A stretch of DNA of 64,000 bases from Gammaproteobacteria bacterium (GCA_018402195.1 JAGYIW010000002.1:14082-78081), one strand, 5' to 3'; shown: positions 9,682-19,265, counted from the stretch's first letter. Notes: generated by a model not told the origin, from the sequence alone. Numbers and translations: made by a program.

Positions 9682-9710
9682 TAAGTGGGGTTTGTTTTGA
9701 TCATTTCAAG
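9682..9710 (-). promoter_or_regulatory. sigma32-type heat-shock promoter for hsp20
   Basis: Minus strand reads CCCTTGAAA-13 nt-CCCCACTTA, close to the CTTGAAA/CCCCATNT consensus, about 75 nt upstream of the start. Confidence 0.55.
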
Positions 9711-9734
9711 GGGCCTTTTCCATTGCTCATATGA

Positions 9735-10706
9735 ATGAATCATCGTATATTAGCGTTTTTATCGGAGGTGTTCTCTTTGCAATACGAATCTACAGCCCGT
9801 TCGGGGTATTGGTTTGCCACTATGGTTGGGCAGATGGGTTTAACGATGTGGGCCTTAGTTTCTGCACTTATGGCTCTGGTAACCCGTTTGCCGGCAGCGC
9901 AAATTTTGATGACGGTATTCACGATTAGCGCCTGTGTGTCTTTTACCTTATTGACCGTCAATAAAAAGTGGGATCGTGTTCGCGAGCAGTCCATCCCACT
10001 CTGGATAATCAACATTGCTGGCGTGTGTGGATCAGAAGCTTTGTTTGTATTGGCATCAAAGAATGCACCCCAAGCACACGTGAATTTAATCAACTATCTC
10101 TGGCCAACATTTGTCATTGTATTGGCACCACTCTTGCCAAATGAGGAGTTTGAGCTTAAATACATTGTGTCAGCTATTATTGGGTTCTTAGGTATCACGA
10201 TTTTACTTACACATGGGCAAGGCTTAAGTATGCTGGAATGGCAATACAGTTTGGGATATTTCTATGCTTTTAGTTGTGCCTTGCTCTGGGCAGTGTATTC
10301 CTTAGGCGTAAGGAAGTTCACCCGGCAAATTCCTGAGGCAGTAGGACTTTACTGTGGATTAGGGGCTGTCATCATGTGGCTAATAAACCCTCATTTTGAT
10401 GGGTATATTCAGCCAACAAGTTTTGAAATGGGACTATTGATCTATATGGGGGTGACTAGCCACAATCTGGCCTATTCCTGCTGGGCTTACGGAATTAATA
10501 AAGGTCATTATCGTCTCTTAAGTTTGTTATGTTACGTAAGCCCTTTCATTTCAATTGGTACTTTGGTTGTTTTGGGAATCGCAGAAACCTCCCAGCAACT
10601 TTGGATTAGCGCCATATTTATTTGTTTAGCTGGGCTGAATTCTGCAATTAATTGGCATCATGTGAGTCGTTTATTTGATCGTAAAGCACCTAATGGACAC
10701 TTTTGA
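9735..10706 (+). CDS. EamA/DMT-family transporter
   Basis: 323-aa ORF, about 10 TM spans in two repeated halves. Confidence 0.75.
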   Translation: MNHRILAFLSEVFSLQYESTARSGYWFATMVGQMGLTMWALVSALMALVTRLPAAQILMTVFTISACVSFTLLTVNKKWDRVREQSIPLWIINIAGVCGSEALFVLASKNAPQAHVNLINYLWPTFVIVLAPLLPNEEFELKYIVSAIIGFLGITILLTHGQGLSMLEWQYSLGYFYAFSCALLWAVYSLGVRKFTRQIPEAVGLYCGLGAVIMWLINPHFDGYIQPTSFEMGLLIYMGVTSHNLAYSCWAYGINKGHYRLLSLLCYVSPFISIGTLVVLGIAETSQQLWISAIFICLAGLNSAINWHHVSRLFDRKAPNGHF

Positions 10707-10731
10707 GTGAGTTAGGGGGAAAATATGCTGG

Positions 10732-11688
10732 TCAAAGCCGGTGGCTGCAGCAAAGGTCTTTGCCTAGGTCGGTATGATTAGGGAATAGTGGCGTATCATC
10801 AAAGTGTTCATCTCTATGGCCCATGTGCCTAAAAAAGGGTGTGGCGATGGCAGTGGCATGCATTTTCATATGCAATCGCCCCTGTTGTTTGCACCAGGTT
10901 TCTAACATGTTGAGCATGGTTTTGCTGTTACCCTGATTGGCATGTTGCGGGTGACTAACCAGCCAACGCAAAGCAACATCGATTTCATTATGCAAAAACT
11001 CAATATGAGCTGCGGTAATTATCTGCCAGCCTTTATACTGGATGAAATGAAAATTCTTTTTTGAAATAATGCAGTGATGATTCTGATTATATTCGATTTT
11101 GTTTGGCATAAATAAATATTTTTCCACCAATTCATGGTAGGCACGCCATTCTGTTGATGTATAAGCAAGTACAACGCGCTTACCTTGCCATTCAGTTTTT
11201 TTGGCAATATTCGCAACAAAAGAATCTTTGCCAGCTGTGTACGCAAGAGTGTTGTTGGGGTGCTCTTTAGCAAGACGTTGTTTAAGGTCACCATAAGTTT
11301 GTTTGTCAGTTGGGTGATCTCGCAGCCAATCACGGAAACACAAGTGACGTTGAATTTCCGGGTGACCATGCTCGAATACATGTAAATGATGCGTGCGTCG
11401 GTCACCGCCTTTGGAGAAATAACGGCGAAATAGTACGCCTGCCTCTCCTTTAGCTTCATAACCCATGTGTCGAAGCTTAGCATAACTGCGGTCCACCATG
11501 GCTAGTTCTTTGACTATAGGCATGATATCGATCACTGGTTTGGCAAGCAAGTCGGGCACTGCAGTAGAACCAATATGGTGGACGGCTATGCAGTTTTTAC
11601 CCAGCGCTTCCTGCACCCTATCAGCTTCCAGGGCAAAAGAATTCTCCCATTCTGGGCTGTGCTGGACTACTTCGATTTTCTGGATCAT
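10732..11688 (-). CDS. GrpB-domain protein fused to a C-terminal GNAT acetyltransferase-like domain
   Basis: N-terminal about 170 aa GrpB/UPF0157-like (HHIGSTAVPDLLAKPVIDI..HLHVFEHGHPE..FRDWLR); C-terminal about 140 aa GNAT-like. Confidence 0.6.
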   Translation of the reverse strand: MIQKIEVVQHSPEWENSFALEADRVQEALGKNCIAVHHIGSTAVPDLLAKPVIDIMPIVKELAMVDRSYAKLRHMGYEAKGEAGVLFRRYFSKGGDRRTHHLHVFEHGHPEIQRHLCFRDWLRDHPTDKQTYGDLKQRLAKEHPNNTLAYTAGKDSFVANIAKKTEWQGKRVVLAYTSTEWRAYHELVEKYLFMPNKIEYNQNHHCIISKKNFHFIQYKGWQIITAAHIEFLHNEIDVALRWLVSHPQHANQGNSKTMLNMLETWCKQQGRLHMKMHATAIATPFFRHMGHRDEHFDDTPLFPNHTDLGKDLCCSHRL

Positions 11689-12201
11689 GGTGCTTTTGGA
11701 GACTAGTCATCAAACAATTAAAATAAGTTACACGCGATAGTAGCATGAGGCACAGAAACTCTCAATGAAACCGTTCACATGCACTTTTTCCTTTTTCAGC
11801 TCTTAGAAAGTGATAACTTATTTCAAGGTGGGAACAGGCCGGCAGGTCTAGCCCCCTTTAACACAACCACCCCTCGCCAGATACGTCTTTTCTCTTATTG
11901 AAATCTTCAGTAGCCATCTATGCCCTTAGATGAGCGAGAGAAAATGCCCACCCCCGGGAAGAGGGTGGGCTGGAAAGTTGGATACCTGACAACGCCTTGC
12001 CAAGACTCATCTACTGCAAGACACAACAGGTTTTTTTCTCATTTCCTGCCTGACTGCTTTCACCTGATGCCTTCAACATGGTTTTATTTGATCCCTTCGA
12101 TGATTGATCACACCCCGTACTTGACTGGTAACCCTCCCCTAGAATAAGACTGCCCAAAAGGAGAGTTTTCTGTTAAATTTTAATGAAACAGGAGACTAAA
12201 G

Positions 12202-12489
12202 ATGAAGAAAAGTAAATTAACAGATACACAAATGTTTAACATGCTAAATGAGGCAGAGGCAGGCATGCCTGTCAATGATGTATGTCGTAAATATAAGATT
12301 GCTAATAGCACTTACTACAAACTGAAATCAAAGTACGCTGGGATGAGCTTGTCAGAGCTAACACGCTTGAAAGCGCTTGAGGCTGAAAACCACCGCCTTA
12401 AAGGCATGTATGCTGATATTAGTCTGGAACACAAAATCCTTAAGGAGGTGATTGAAAAAAAGTTCCCAGAGATACTCGACGAATGTTGA
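12202..12489 (+). CDS. IS3-family transposase OrfA (HTH)
   Basis: 95 aa, MKKSKLTDTQMFNMLNEAEAGMPVNDVCRKYKI..LKALEAENHRLK, typical IS3/IS407 OrfA with leucine zipper. Confidence 0.85.
   Translation: MKKSKLTDTQMFNMLNEAEAGMPVNDVCRKYKIANSTYYKLKSKYAGMSLSELTRLKALEAENHRLKGMYADISLEHKILKEVIEKKFPEILDEC
12455..12462 (+). other. programmed -1 ribosomal frameshift site AAAAAAAG (OrfA-OrfB fusion)
   Basis: A7G heptamer-type slippery motif located in the orfA/orfB overlap, as in many IS3-family elements. Confidence 0.6.
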
Positions 12490-13322
12490 TCGAGGATTTG
12501 AAAAGACAATACACTGTTAGCATTAACACCGCCTGCGCATTGGTTTCGATAAGCAAAACTGCTTATTACTATAAGCCGAAAATGCGTGAAGGTGATGCTG
12601 CGATAGAAGCATGCTTGCAATCACTGGCTGATGAACACAAACGATGGGGTTTTGATAAAATGATGGATAAACTGAAGGCTGACAAGAAACCATGGAATCA
12701 TAAGCGTGTACGGCGCATATACTGTAAATTAGGTCTAAATATTCGTATAAAGCCACGAAAGCGAATACCCAAAGGTGAGGCCAGATCGCTAGTGCAAACT
12801 ATCTATCCTAATGTTTGCTGGTCGATGGATTTCATGTCAGACGCACTGTATTGTGGGCGTAAATTTAGGATGTTTAACGTCATTGATGATTATAACCGTG
12901 AAGCTATATTAGCTGAACCAAGCTACTCACTGCCTGCCAGCAGGGTTATTGATATGCTAGATATGATTGCATCTGAGCGGGGTTACCCAGAGATAATTCG
13001 AGTAGATAATGGCACAGAATTCACATCATCTACTTTTAAAGAGTGGGCTAATCGGCATCACATCTTAGTTCAATATATCCAACCCGGCAAACCATCACAA
13101 AATGGTTTTGTCGAGCGGTTCAATCGGACCTTTAGAGAGGATGTTCTTGATATGAACTTGTTTGGTTCTTTGCGAGAAGTTAAGGCTATCACTCGTGACT
13201 GGCTAATTATGTATAATCAAGAGCGTCCGCATCAATCACTGGAAGGGTTAACGCCAGTTTCTTTTGCTGAACAGAGGGAAAAAAGGTTAACACATAAGTT
13301 GGGAAACTCTACTTTTAACTAG
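12483..13322 (+). CDS. IS3-family transposase OrfB (DDE integrase domain)
   Basis: 279 aa; ..WSMDFMSD..VIDDYNREA..IRVDNGTEFTS..QPGKPSQNGFVERFNRTFREDVL..YNQERPHQSL; -1 frame relative to orfA. Confidence 0.85.
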   Translation: MLIEDLKRQYTVSINTACALVSISKTAYYYKPKMREGDAAIEACLQSLADEHKRWGFDKMMDKLKADKKPWNHKRVRRIYCKLGLNIRIKPRKRIPKGEARSLVQTIYPNVCWSMDFMSDALYCGRKFRMFNVIDDYNREAILAEPSYSLPASRVIDMLDMIASERGYPEIIRVDNGTEFTSSTFKEWANRHHILVQYIQPGKPSQNGFVERFNRTFREDVLDMNLFGSLREVKAITRDWLIMYNQERPHQSLEGLTPVSFAEQREKRLTHKLGNSTFN

Positions 13323-13346
13323 TTTTAAAAATGGGAGGGTTACCCC

Positions 13347-14744
13347 CTATTCAGGAGTAGTCTTGTAGAGTATTGTGATGACGGGGGGCAATAGCATCAA
13401 GACGATGCCACCCAGCAGAAATCCTTCATATCGCCACAAAGCTCCTACGGCTATGCGTTCAGGTGGTAGAAATCCTAAGCTAATGGCGATGATGCAGCAA
13501 GTTAGCCCCATGCCAGCGATAAGCCGCATGCCAATTTTGCCGCCAGGTATTTGGAAGGCACGTGGCTGATGTGGATATTTTTGTCGCAGTTTTAGCCCTG
13601 TGGCAAATAAAATGGCGTAGTAGGCTAGGCCCATTTGTGCAGTCATGGCAGTGAGCACCCAATAGCCACTTTCGATAGAGGGCATGAGTATCAATACACT
13701 GCATAAACCTGTGAAAATCATACCTTGTATAAATAGGATAGTGACAGGCACCTTGTGCTGGTTGGTGTAGCTCCAAGATGTGGGCAGGTTGCCGTCTTGC
13801 GCGGCGATGAGTATGCCTTTGGTAGGACCAATAATCCAGGCAGAAACATTGCCTAATCCACTGAGAATAATCATAATGCCAACCAATGGTAGTAGCCAAT
13901 TGAGGTGTTGGTTATCTAGCATGGTTGCAAAGGCTTGGGTAAGCCCGTTGATAACGTTAAGGTTGTGGTTGGGTACGGTGATGGCAATGGCCAATGAGCC
14001 AAGTATCAGTGAGCCAAGGATTATGCCTGTAGATAGTAAGATGGCTTTGGGGTAAGTTTTGCCAGGAGTGGCAATGTCATCTGCGTGTACAGCTGACATT
14101 TCTATACCGAGTAGGCCAAATAAAATCGTGGAGAAAAAAGCGAGGTTTTGTCCATGGCCGCTTTGTGGCCAGAAATACTGCAAGCCAATGGGGGTGGCGA
14201 TGGGCTGGTCTTGCCACAGCCATGTCATGCCTAACCCTATGATTAACCCTAAGGGTATTAAGGTGCCAACGATAGCACTGAATGCACTGAACGCAGCAGA
14301 AAATTGCATGCCAAAGCAATTTAACCAGGTCGCTCCCCAAAACAAGCCCAAAACTAAGGCTAGGATGAGGCCATGGTGTTGTGCCCAATTTGGAAAGAAG
14401 ATGCTAAGACCAGTTTCGACAATGAATACCAAAATGGTTGGGAACCAAATCAAGTTAAATATCCATTGCATCCATATGGTTAAAAAAGCCCACCGATCGC
14501 CAAAGGCTTCGCGTACCCAGATGTAAGCCCCGCCCCGCGATGGCCAGGCTGTGGAGAGTTCTGCAGATATTAGGGCAATAGGAATAAAGAATGTGATGGT
14601 GGCGACAAGATAGTAAAACAACAGACTAAAGCCATATTCTGCACTGAATGGTAGCGTGCGTAAGCTGGCGACTGCCATGATGTTAATCATGGTGAGGGTA
14701 AAGACGCCTAATTTTTTCCCACCAGAAGATGCAATAGCAATCAT
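13347..14744 (-). CDS. APC-superfamily amino acid permease
   Basis: 465-aa ORF, 12 TM pattern, ..AELSTAWPSRGGAYIWVREAFG..; start overlaps the psd stop (ATGA). Confidence 0.8.
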   Translation of the reverse strand: MIAIASSGGKKLGVFTLTMINIMAVASLRTLPFSAEYGFSLLFYYLVATITFFIPIALISAELSTAWPSRGGAYIWVREAFGDRWAFLTIWMQWIFNLIWFPTILVFIVETGLSIFFPNWAQHHGLILALVLGLFWGATWLNCFGMQFSAAFSAFSAIVGTLIPLGLIIGLGMTWLWQDQPIATPIGLQYFWPQSGHGQNLAFFSTILFGLLGIEMSAVHADDIATPGKTYPKAILLSTGIILGSLILGSLAIAITVPNHNLNVINGLTQAFATMLDNQHLNWLLPLVGIMIILSGLGNVSAWIIGPTKGILIAAQDGNLPTSWSYTNQHKVPVTILFIQGMIFTGLCSVLILMPSIESGYWVLTAMTAQMGLAYYAILFATGLKLRQKYPHQPRAFQIPGGKIGMRLIAGMGLTCCIIAISLGFLPPERIAVGALWRYEGFLLGGIVLMLLPPVITILYKTTPE

Positions 14745-15580
14745 GATGATTTTCCTAGAAAATTGCCATGAGATTCCCCCATTTTGACCGCTTTGTCAAT
14801 GGGCAGCTGGGCTTGCCATTCAACCAAATTCTCAGAAAATAACACTAAGATGGATGAGCCAAACTGAAAATGTCCTAGTTCATTGCCTCTTTGGTAAGAG
14901 TGTTCATTGAGTTTGTAGTTGTGACGGGTGATTTTGGGGCTGCTAGGATCCGGGCAAACGGCGCCTGCCCAGTGGGTATGAATGCTACCTACTAAAAAAG
15001 CACCAACAAAGATGACTGCCATTTGGCCTCCTGGGACATCGAATAAAGCAATTACCCGTTCGTTACGGCTAAACACGTCTTTGGGAGCCAGATTTTCATT
15101 TACGGAAAACAATTGTCCAGGTACGCTAAGCATGTGGGTTAATGTGCCTGAAAGTGGAGCATGTACACGGTGATAATTGTGTGGTGCTAGGTAGTAGAGG
15201 GCAAAATCACCTTTGGTAAAGGGGGCGCTGAAATTATGGTATTCTCCAAAGAGAGACTCTATTGTGTAATCATGGCCTTTGATGTTGATGTGCCGGTGAT
15301 TTTGCACTTTGCCTATGGCACTTAGAGTGCCATCCACCGGGGATAAAATCGCTGGTTCGGGGGCGAGTGGTCTGGCGTCAGGTTTGAGCTTGCGAGTGAA
15401 AAGGTCGTTGAGGCTGGTAAATTGCTCTGTTTGGGCTTCTGACAAGTCAATGTTTAGTTGTTTTATGGCCATGCGAATGGCGAATTGGCTAAATCTAGGA
15501 CTTTTGCAGTTGGCCAATCGCCCCATCAGGCGTGAAAGGGAGTGTTGAAGCTTGGAGGATATAGACACGAGGTAATGCAA
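14741..15580 (-). CDS. psd: phosphatidylserine decarboxylase proenzyme
   Basis: 279-aa ORF; ..LSRLMGRLA.. N-terminus, HRVHAP, self-cleavage-type FGSS motif near the C-terminus; TTG start per the ORF track (start uncertain). Confidence 0.85.
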   Translation of the reverse strand: MHYLVSISSKLQHSLSRLMGRLANCKSPRFSQFAIRMAIKQLNIDLSEAQTEQFTSLNDLFTRKLKPDARPLAPEPAILSPVDGTLSAIGKVQNHRHINIKGHDYTIESLFGEYHNFSAPFTKGDFALYYLAPHNYHRVHAPLSGTLTHMLSVPGQLFSVNENLAPKDVFSRNERVIALFDVPGGQMAVIFVGAFLVGSIHTHWAGAVCPDPSSPKITRHNYKLNEHSYQRGNELGHFQFGSSILVLFSENLVEWQAQLPIDKAVKMGESHGNFLGKSS

Positions 15581-15654
15581 CTAGGTTGGTGATTGATTTT
15601 GCCATTATACGGATTTTACTATAAATTACCATGAGATAAGGAAAAGGAATATTG

Positions 15655-16752
15655 ATGGTTATGCAAATTTATTTGGTGGGTGGTGCACTTAGGGACGAAT
15701 TATTAGGGCGTGTGGTCACTGAGAAGGATTGGTGTGTCGTTGGTGCTACTGTTGATGAGATGTTGGCGCAGGGCTACAAGCCAGTAGGTAAAGATTTTCC
15801 GGTTTTTCTCCATCCTGAGACAGGTGAAGAATATGCGTTGGCAAGAACTGAGCGTAAATCTGGTCACGGCTATCATGGTTTCACTTTCCATACGGGTTCT
15901 GAAGTGACGATTGAGGATGATTTGTGCAGGCGTGATTTGACCATCAACGCCATGGCCCGTTTGACTGGCGATAATGTGTTGATAGATCCTTATGGTGGGA
16001 GAAAGGATTTGCAAGGCAAGGTGCTGCGGCATGTGTCTGAAGCTTTTGTTGAAGATCCTGTTCGTGTACTGCGTTTGGCCCGCTTTGCGGCTTTTTTCCC
16101 TGATTTTGAAGTTGCTGATGAGACTATGACTTTGTTGCAAGAGATGGCGAAGAGCGGAGAGTTGGCGAATTTGGTGCCTGAACGCGTTTGGCAAGAATTG
16201 GGCAAGGCACTGTCGGCAGAGGCACCACAGCGTTTTTTTGCTGTATTGCTAATGGGGGAGGTGCTGTCCATTTTGATGCCTGAGCTTGTGGGGATTCAGG
16301 ATGGCTTATCAATTTATATAGGGCAGGTTGTTCAAGTTTTGGAGGATGTAAAAGGGCGTTTTGCAGCGATTTGGGGGCGATGCAGTTTGGAAGCTTTACA
16401 AGCTATGGACACAAGAGTACGTGTGCCATCGGCAGCTATGGAGATGGCGCAGATGGTAAGCAAACATGGTGAAAAAGTGACCCAATTGGATGCTTTGTCA
16501 GCTGAAGATTTGCTGGCAATATTTGAACAATTAGACATTATTCGTCGTGAAGACCGTTTCTGGCAATGGTTACAAGTAGCGCAGGTAGTGCATGGTGTCA
16601 CGGTAGATATTGAGCGTTTACAGCGAGGTTTTATTGCGTGTCAGCAAGTTGATGTAGCTGCATTGCAGGCGCAAGGGTTTTTTGGCGCTGATTTGGGCAA
16701 AGCTATTCATGACAAGCGCGTTGAGTTGCTTGATGGGGCGCTAAGTGTTTGA
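15655..16752 (+). CDS. cca: CCA tRNA nucleotidyltransferase (short form, no HD phosphohydrolase motifs seen)
   Basis: (M)QIYLVGGALRDELLG..DWCVVG..GKDFPVFLHPETGEEYALARTERK..RRDLTINAMA; start could be 15652, 15655 or 15661. Confidence 0.8.
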   Translation: MVMQIYLVGGALRDELLGRVVTEKDWCVVGATVDEMLAQGYKPVGKDFPVFLHPETGEEYALARTERKSGHGYHGFTFHTGSEVTIEDDLCRRDLTINAMARLTGDNVLIDPYGGRKDLQGKVLRHVSEAFVEDPVRVLRLARFAAFFPDFEVADETMTLLQEMAKSGELANLVPERVWQELGKALSAEAPQRFFAVLLMGEVLSILMPELVGIQDGLSIYIGQVVQVLEDVKGRFAAIWGRCSLEALQAMDTRVRVPSAAMEMAQMVSKHGEKVTQLDALSAEDLLAIFEQLDIIRREDRFWQWLQVAQVVHGVTVDIERLQRGFIACQQVDVAALQAQGFFGADLGKAIHDKRVELLDGALSV

Positions 16753-16883
16753 AATTTTTGCCGCATTGGGCTGCGTAGCAGCAGCTGGGGATTGTAATTA
16801 CAGTATTTAAGGAGGCCAAGCAAAGAATTTATCAAGCATGCGGTCTTTCTGTGTGTATCAGTAACGATCCTGATACCTGGCCG

Positions 16884-16953
16884 TGGAGTTGCCCCCTAAA
16901 ACCGATCCACATCTTTACTGGAGTTGCCCCCTAAAACCGATCCACATCTTTAC
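16884..16953. repeat. perfect tandem duplication (2 x 35 bp) of an IS terminal repeat
   Basis: TGGAGTTGCCCCCTAAAACCGATCCACATCTTTAC occurs at 16884-16918 and again at 16919-16953. Confidence 0.85.
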
Positions 16954-17788
16954 ACAGCTAGACTGCACTTGCGAATATACTGTCTAGGCGACAACATTTG
17001 CAAGCCTTTATGTGGCGCGTGCTCATTATAATCCTCAAACCAGGCTGGTAATTGTTCCATAACCCGCTTTGCTGATGATAAGTCACCCTGCCATACATAA
17101 TCTCTTTTAAACGTTTTAACAAATGCCTCAGCCATCCCATTACTCTCTGGGCTGTAAGGCCGTGTCGTACAAATTTCTAACCCGATAGATCGACCAAAGG
17201 CAACGGTCTTTCTAGCAATATAACAAGGACCATTATCACTGAGCCATAATTGTATTTTATGGGAACCTTACCGACTCACCAAAACGATATAGCATCGTTC
17301 TGCCATCAAGTCGCTAATCATTGCGCCATCAATGCCTTTGTTTGAAGTAACATAACGGCGTGGTTTCACGATCGCAGGTATCTAGTGAAAAAGCCACTTG
17401 AACCCGCGAACCATCGTCACACGTAATATAGAAGCCATCAGAACACCATCGAGTATTGAATGCAACGTACCGATCTTGCCGTCGTGTACCTGCACGGTCT
17501 GGTTACATAGCGAGAAAGCAGTAAATTATTATCTCGCATTATCCTATAAACACGCTTGTGATTAATATTACTTTTGCCTGATTGATATTGTCCAGCATTT
17601 AATAGCGCCAGCAATCTGGATATAACCATAGGTTGACGAGAAGAGAGAATACATTTTATATCAGCTGAATATAGCGTTATCTGGCAACGCTGGTTTATCA
17701 GGGCGGAGATTATCCATGTGATTTCTTGTTAATCGCGCCGCTAAATTAGAGCGATGTTTGCAATGTTGCTGCAATCAATCGTTGACTG
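16919..17788 (-). mobile_element. degraded, 5'-truncated IS3-family element of a second type
   Basis: Minus-strand fragments ..AEAFVKTFKRDYVW..YNEHAPHKGLQMLSPRQY (integrase C-terminus) and ..HKRVYRIMRDNNLL..; TG-initiated terminal repeat at 16919-16953; interrupted at 17789 by the other IS. Confidence 0.6.
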
Positions 17789-19003
17789 GTAACCCTCCCC
17801 CCTAGAATAAGACTGCCCAAAAGGAGAGTTTTCTGTTAAATTTTAATGAAACAGAGACTAAAGATGAAGAAAAGTAAATTAACAGATACACAAATGTTTA
17901 ACATGCTAAATGAGGCAGAGGCAGGCATGCCTGTCAATGATGTATGTCAAATATAAGATTGCTAATAGCACTTTACCATAAACTGAAATCAAAGTACGCT
18001 GGGATGAGCTATCAGAGCTAACACGCTTGAAAGCGCTTTGAGGCTGAAACCACCGCCTTAAAGGCATGTATGCTGGATATTAGTCTGGAACACAAAATCC
18101 TTAAGGAGGTGATTGAAAAAGTTCCCAGAGATACTCGACGAATGCTGATCGAGGATTTGAAAAGACAGTACACCGTTAGCACACGCCTGCGCATTGGTTT
18201 CGATAAGCAAACCGCTTATTACTATAAGCCGAAATGCGCATGAAGGTGATGCTGCGATAGAAGCATGCTTGCAATCACTGGCTGATGAACACAAACGATG
18301 GGTTTTGATAAAATGATGGATAAACTGAAGGCTGACAAGAAACCATGGAATCAAGGCGTGTACGGCGCATGGGTAGTGTAAATTAGGTCTAAATATTCGT
18401 GTATAAAGCCACGAAAGCGAATACCCAAAGGTGAGGCCAGACTGCTATGCAAACTATCTATCCTAATGTTTGCTGGTCGATGGATTTCATGTCAGGACGT
18501 GCACTGTATTGTGGGCGTAAATTTAGGATGTTTAATCGTCATTGATGGATTATAACTGTGAAGCTATATTAGCTGAACCAAGTTAATTTTCACTGCCTGC
18601 CAGCAGGTTATTGATATGCTAGATATGATTGCATCTGAGTTGGGGTTACCTAGAGATAATTGAGTAGATAATGGTACAGAATTCACATCATCTACTTTTT
18701 TTTTTTAAAGAGTGGGCTAATCGGCATCACATCTTAGTTCAATATATCTCAACCCTGGCAAACCATCAAAATGGTTTTGTCGAGCGTTCAATCGGACCTT
18801 TAGAGGATGTTCTTGATATGAACATGTTTGGTTCTTTGCGAGAAGGCTATCACTCGTGACTGGCTAATTATGTAAGACCAAGATGTCCTGCATCAATCAC
18901 CGGAAGGGTTAACGCCAGTTTTCTTTTGCTGAACAGAGGGAAAAGGTTAACACATAAGTTGGGAAACTCTACTTTTAACTAGTTTTAAAAATGGGAGGGT
19001 TAC
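17789..19003 (+). mobile_element. full-length but frame-scrambled copy of the IS3-family (IS407-group-like) element
   Basis: Colinear end to end with 12128-13343; both terminal repeats present; more than a dozen indel events in the first about 450 bp, yet total length is 1215 vs 1216 bp. Confidence 0.85.
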
Positions 19004-19265
19004 AACATTTCCATCACGCTTCAAGAGACCAAAAACAGGTGTTTTACCAGCAGCACCTCGCCCTCGTTTACCACGAACTCTCTTGGCACCAAAGTATGAT
19101 TCATCAAATTCAATTTCACCAGAGAATAAACCGCCTGAACTAAAGGGGAGGAAACTATTGTTTGCCGAAAAAGATTGAAATAACGGTTGATTATATTCCT
19201 ATTGATGCCTAAAAGACTTGCTGTCTTGGCGGCCGTTATATCCTCACAAAAGTATAGCATTATCT
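19004..19265 (-). mobile_element. IS1595-family (ISXO2-like) transposase fragment, truncated at both ends
   Basis: Minus strand: ..FCEDITAAKTASLLGINRNIINRYFNLFRQ.. then, in another frame, FSGEIEFDESYFGAKRVRGKRGRGAAGKTPVFGLLKRDGNV, ending exactly at the IS junction. Confidence 0.55.

Larger units (their letters stand above)
12128..13343 (+). mobile_element. intact IS3-family insertion sequence (IS407-group-like), about 1.2 kb
   Basis: Terminal inverted repeats GTAACCCTCCC / GGGAGGGTTAC; orfA plus overlapping orfB with an A7G slippery site; three degraded copies in the window. No flanking target duplication seen; ends +/-10 nt. Confidence 0.85.

Noticed and set aside
11920-12147. 75-aa ORF just upstream of the intact IS
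   Set aside because: It runs into the IS terminal repeat and has no SD or similarity. The region more likely holds a hairpin (CCCACCC..GGGTGGG at about 11,945-11,975) and remnants of whatever the IS disrupted.
13375-14526. Several 60-155-aa ORFs on the plus strand opposite the amino-acid permease, and similar ones opposite cca, psd, spoT and rpoZ
   Set aside because: They are antisense to long intact genes and have skewed composition (Met/Pro/Arg-rich). They are shadow ORFs.
16884-16953. Possible CRISPR-like or other repeat array (also the twin palindromes at 4640-4769)
   Set aside because: There are only two units each, with no spacers of regular length, no further copies and no cas genes. 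They are better explained as IS-end duplication and local palindromes.
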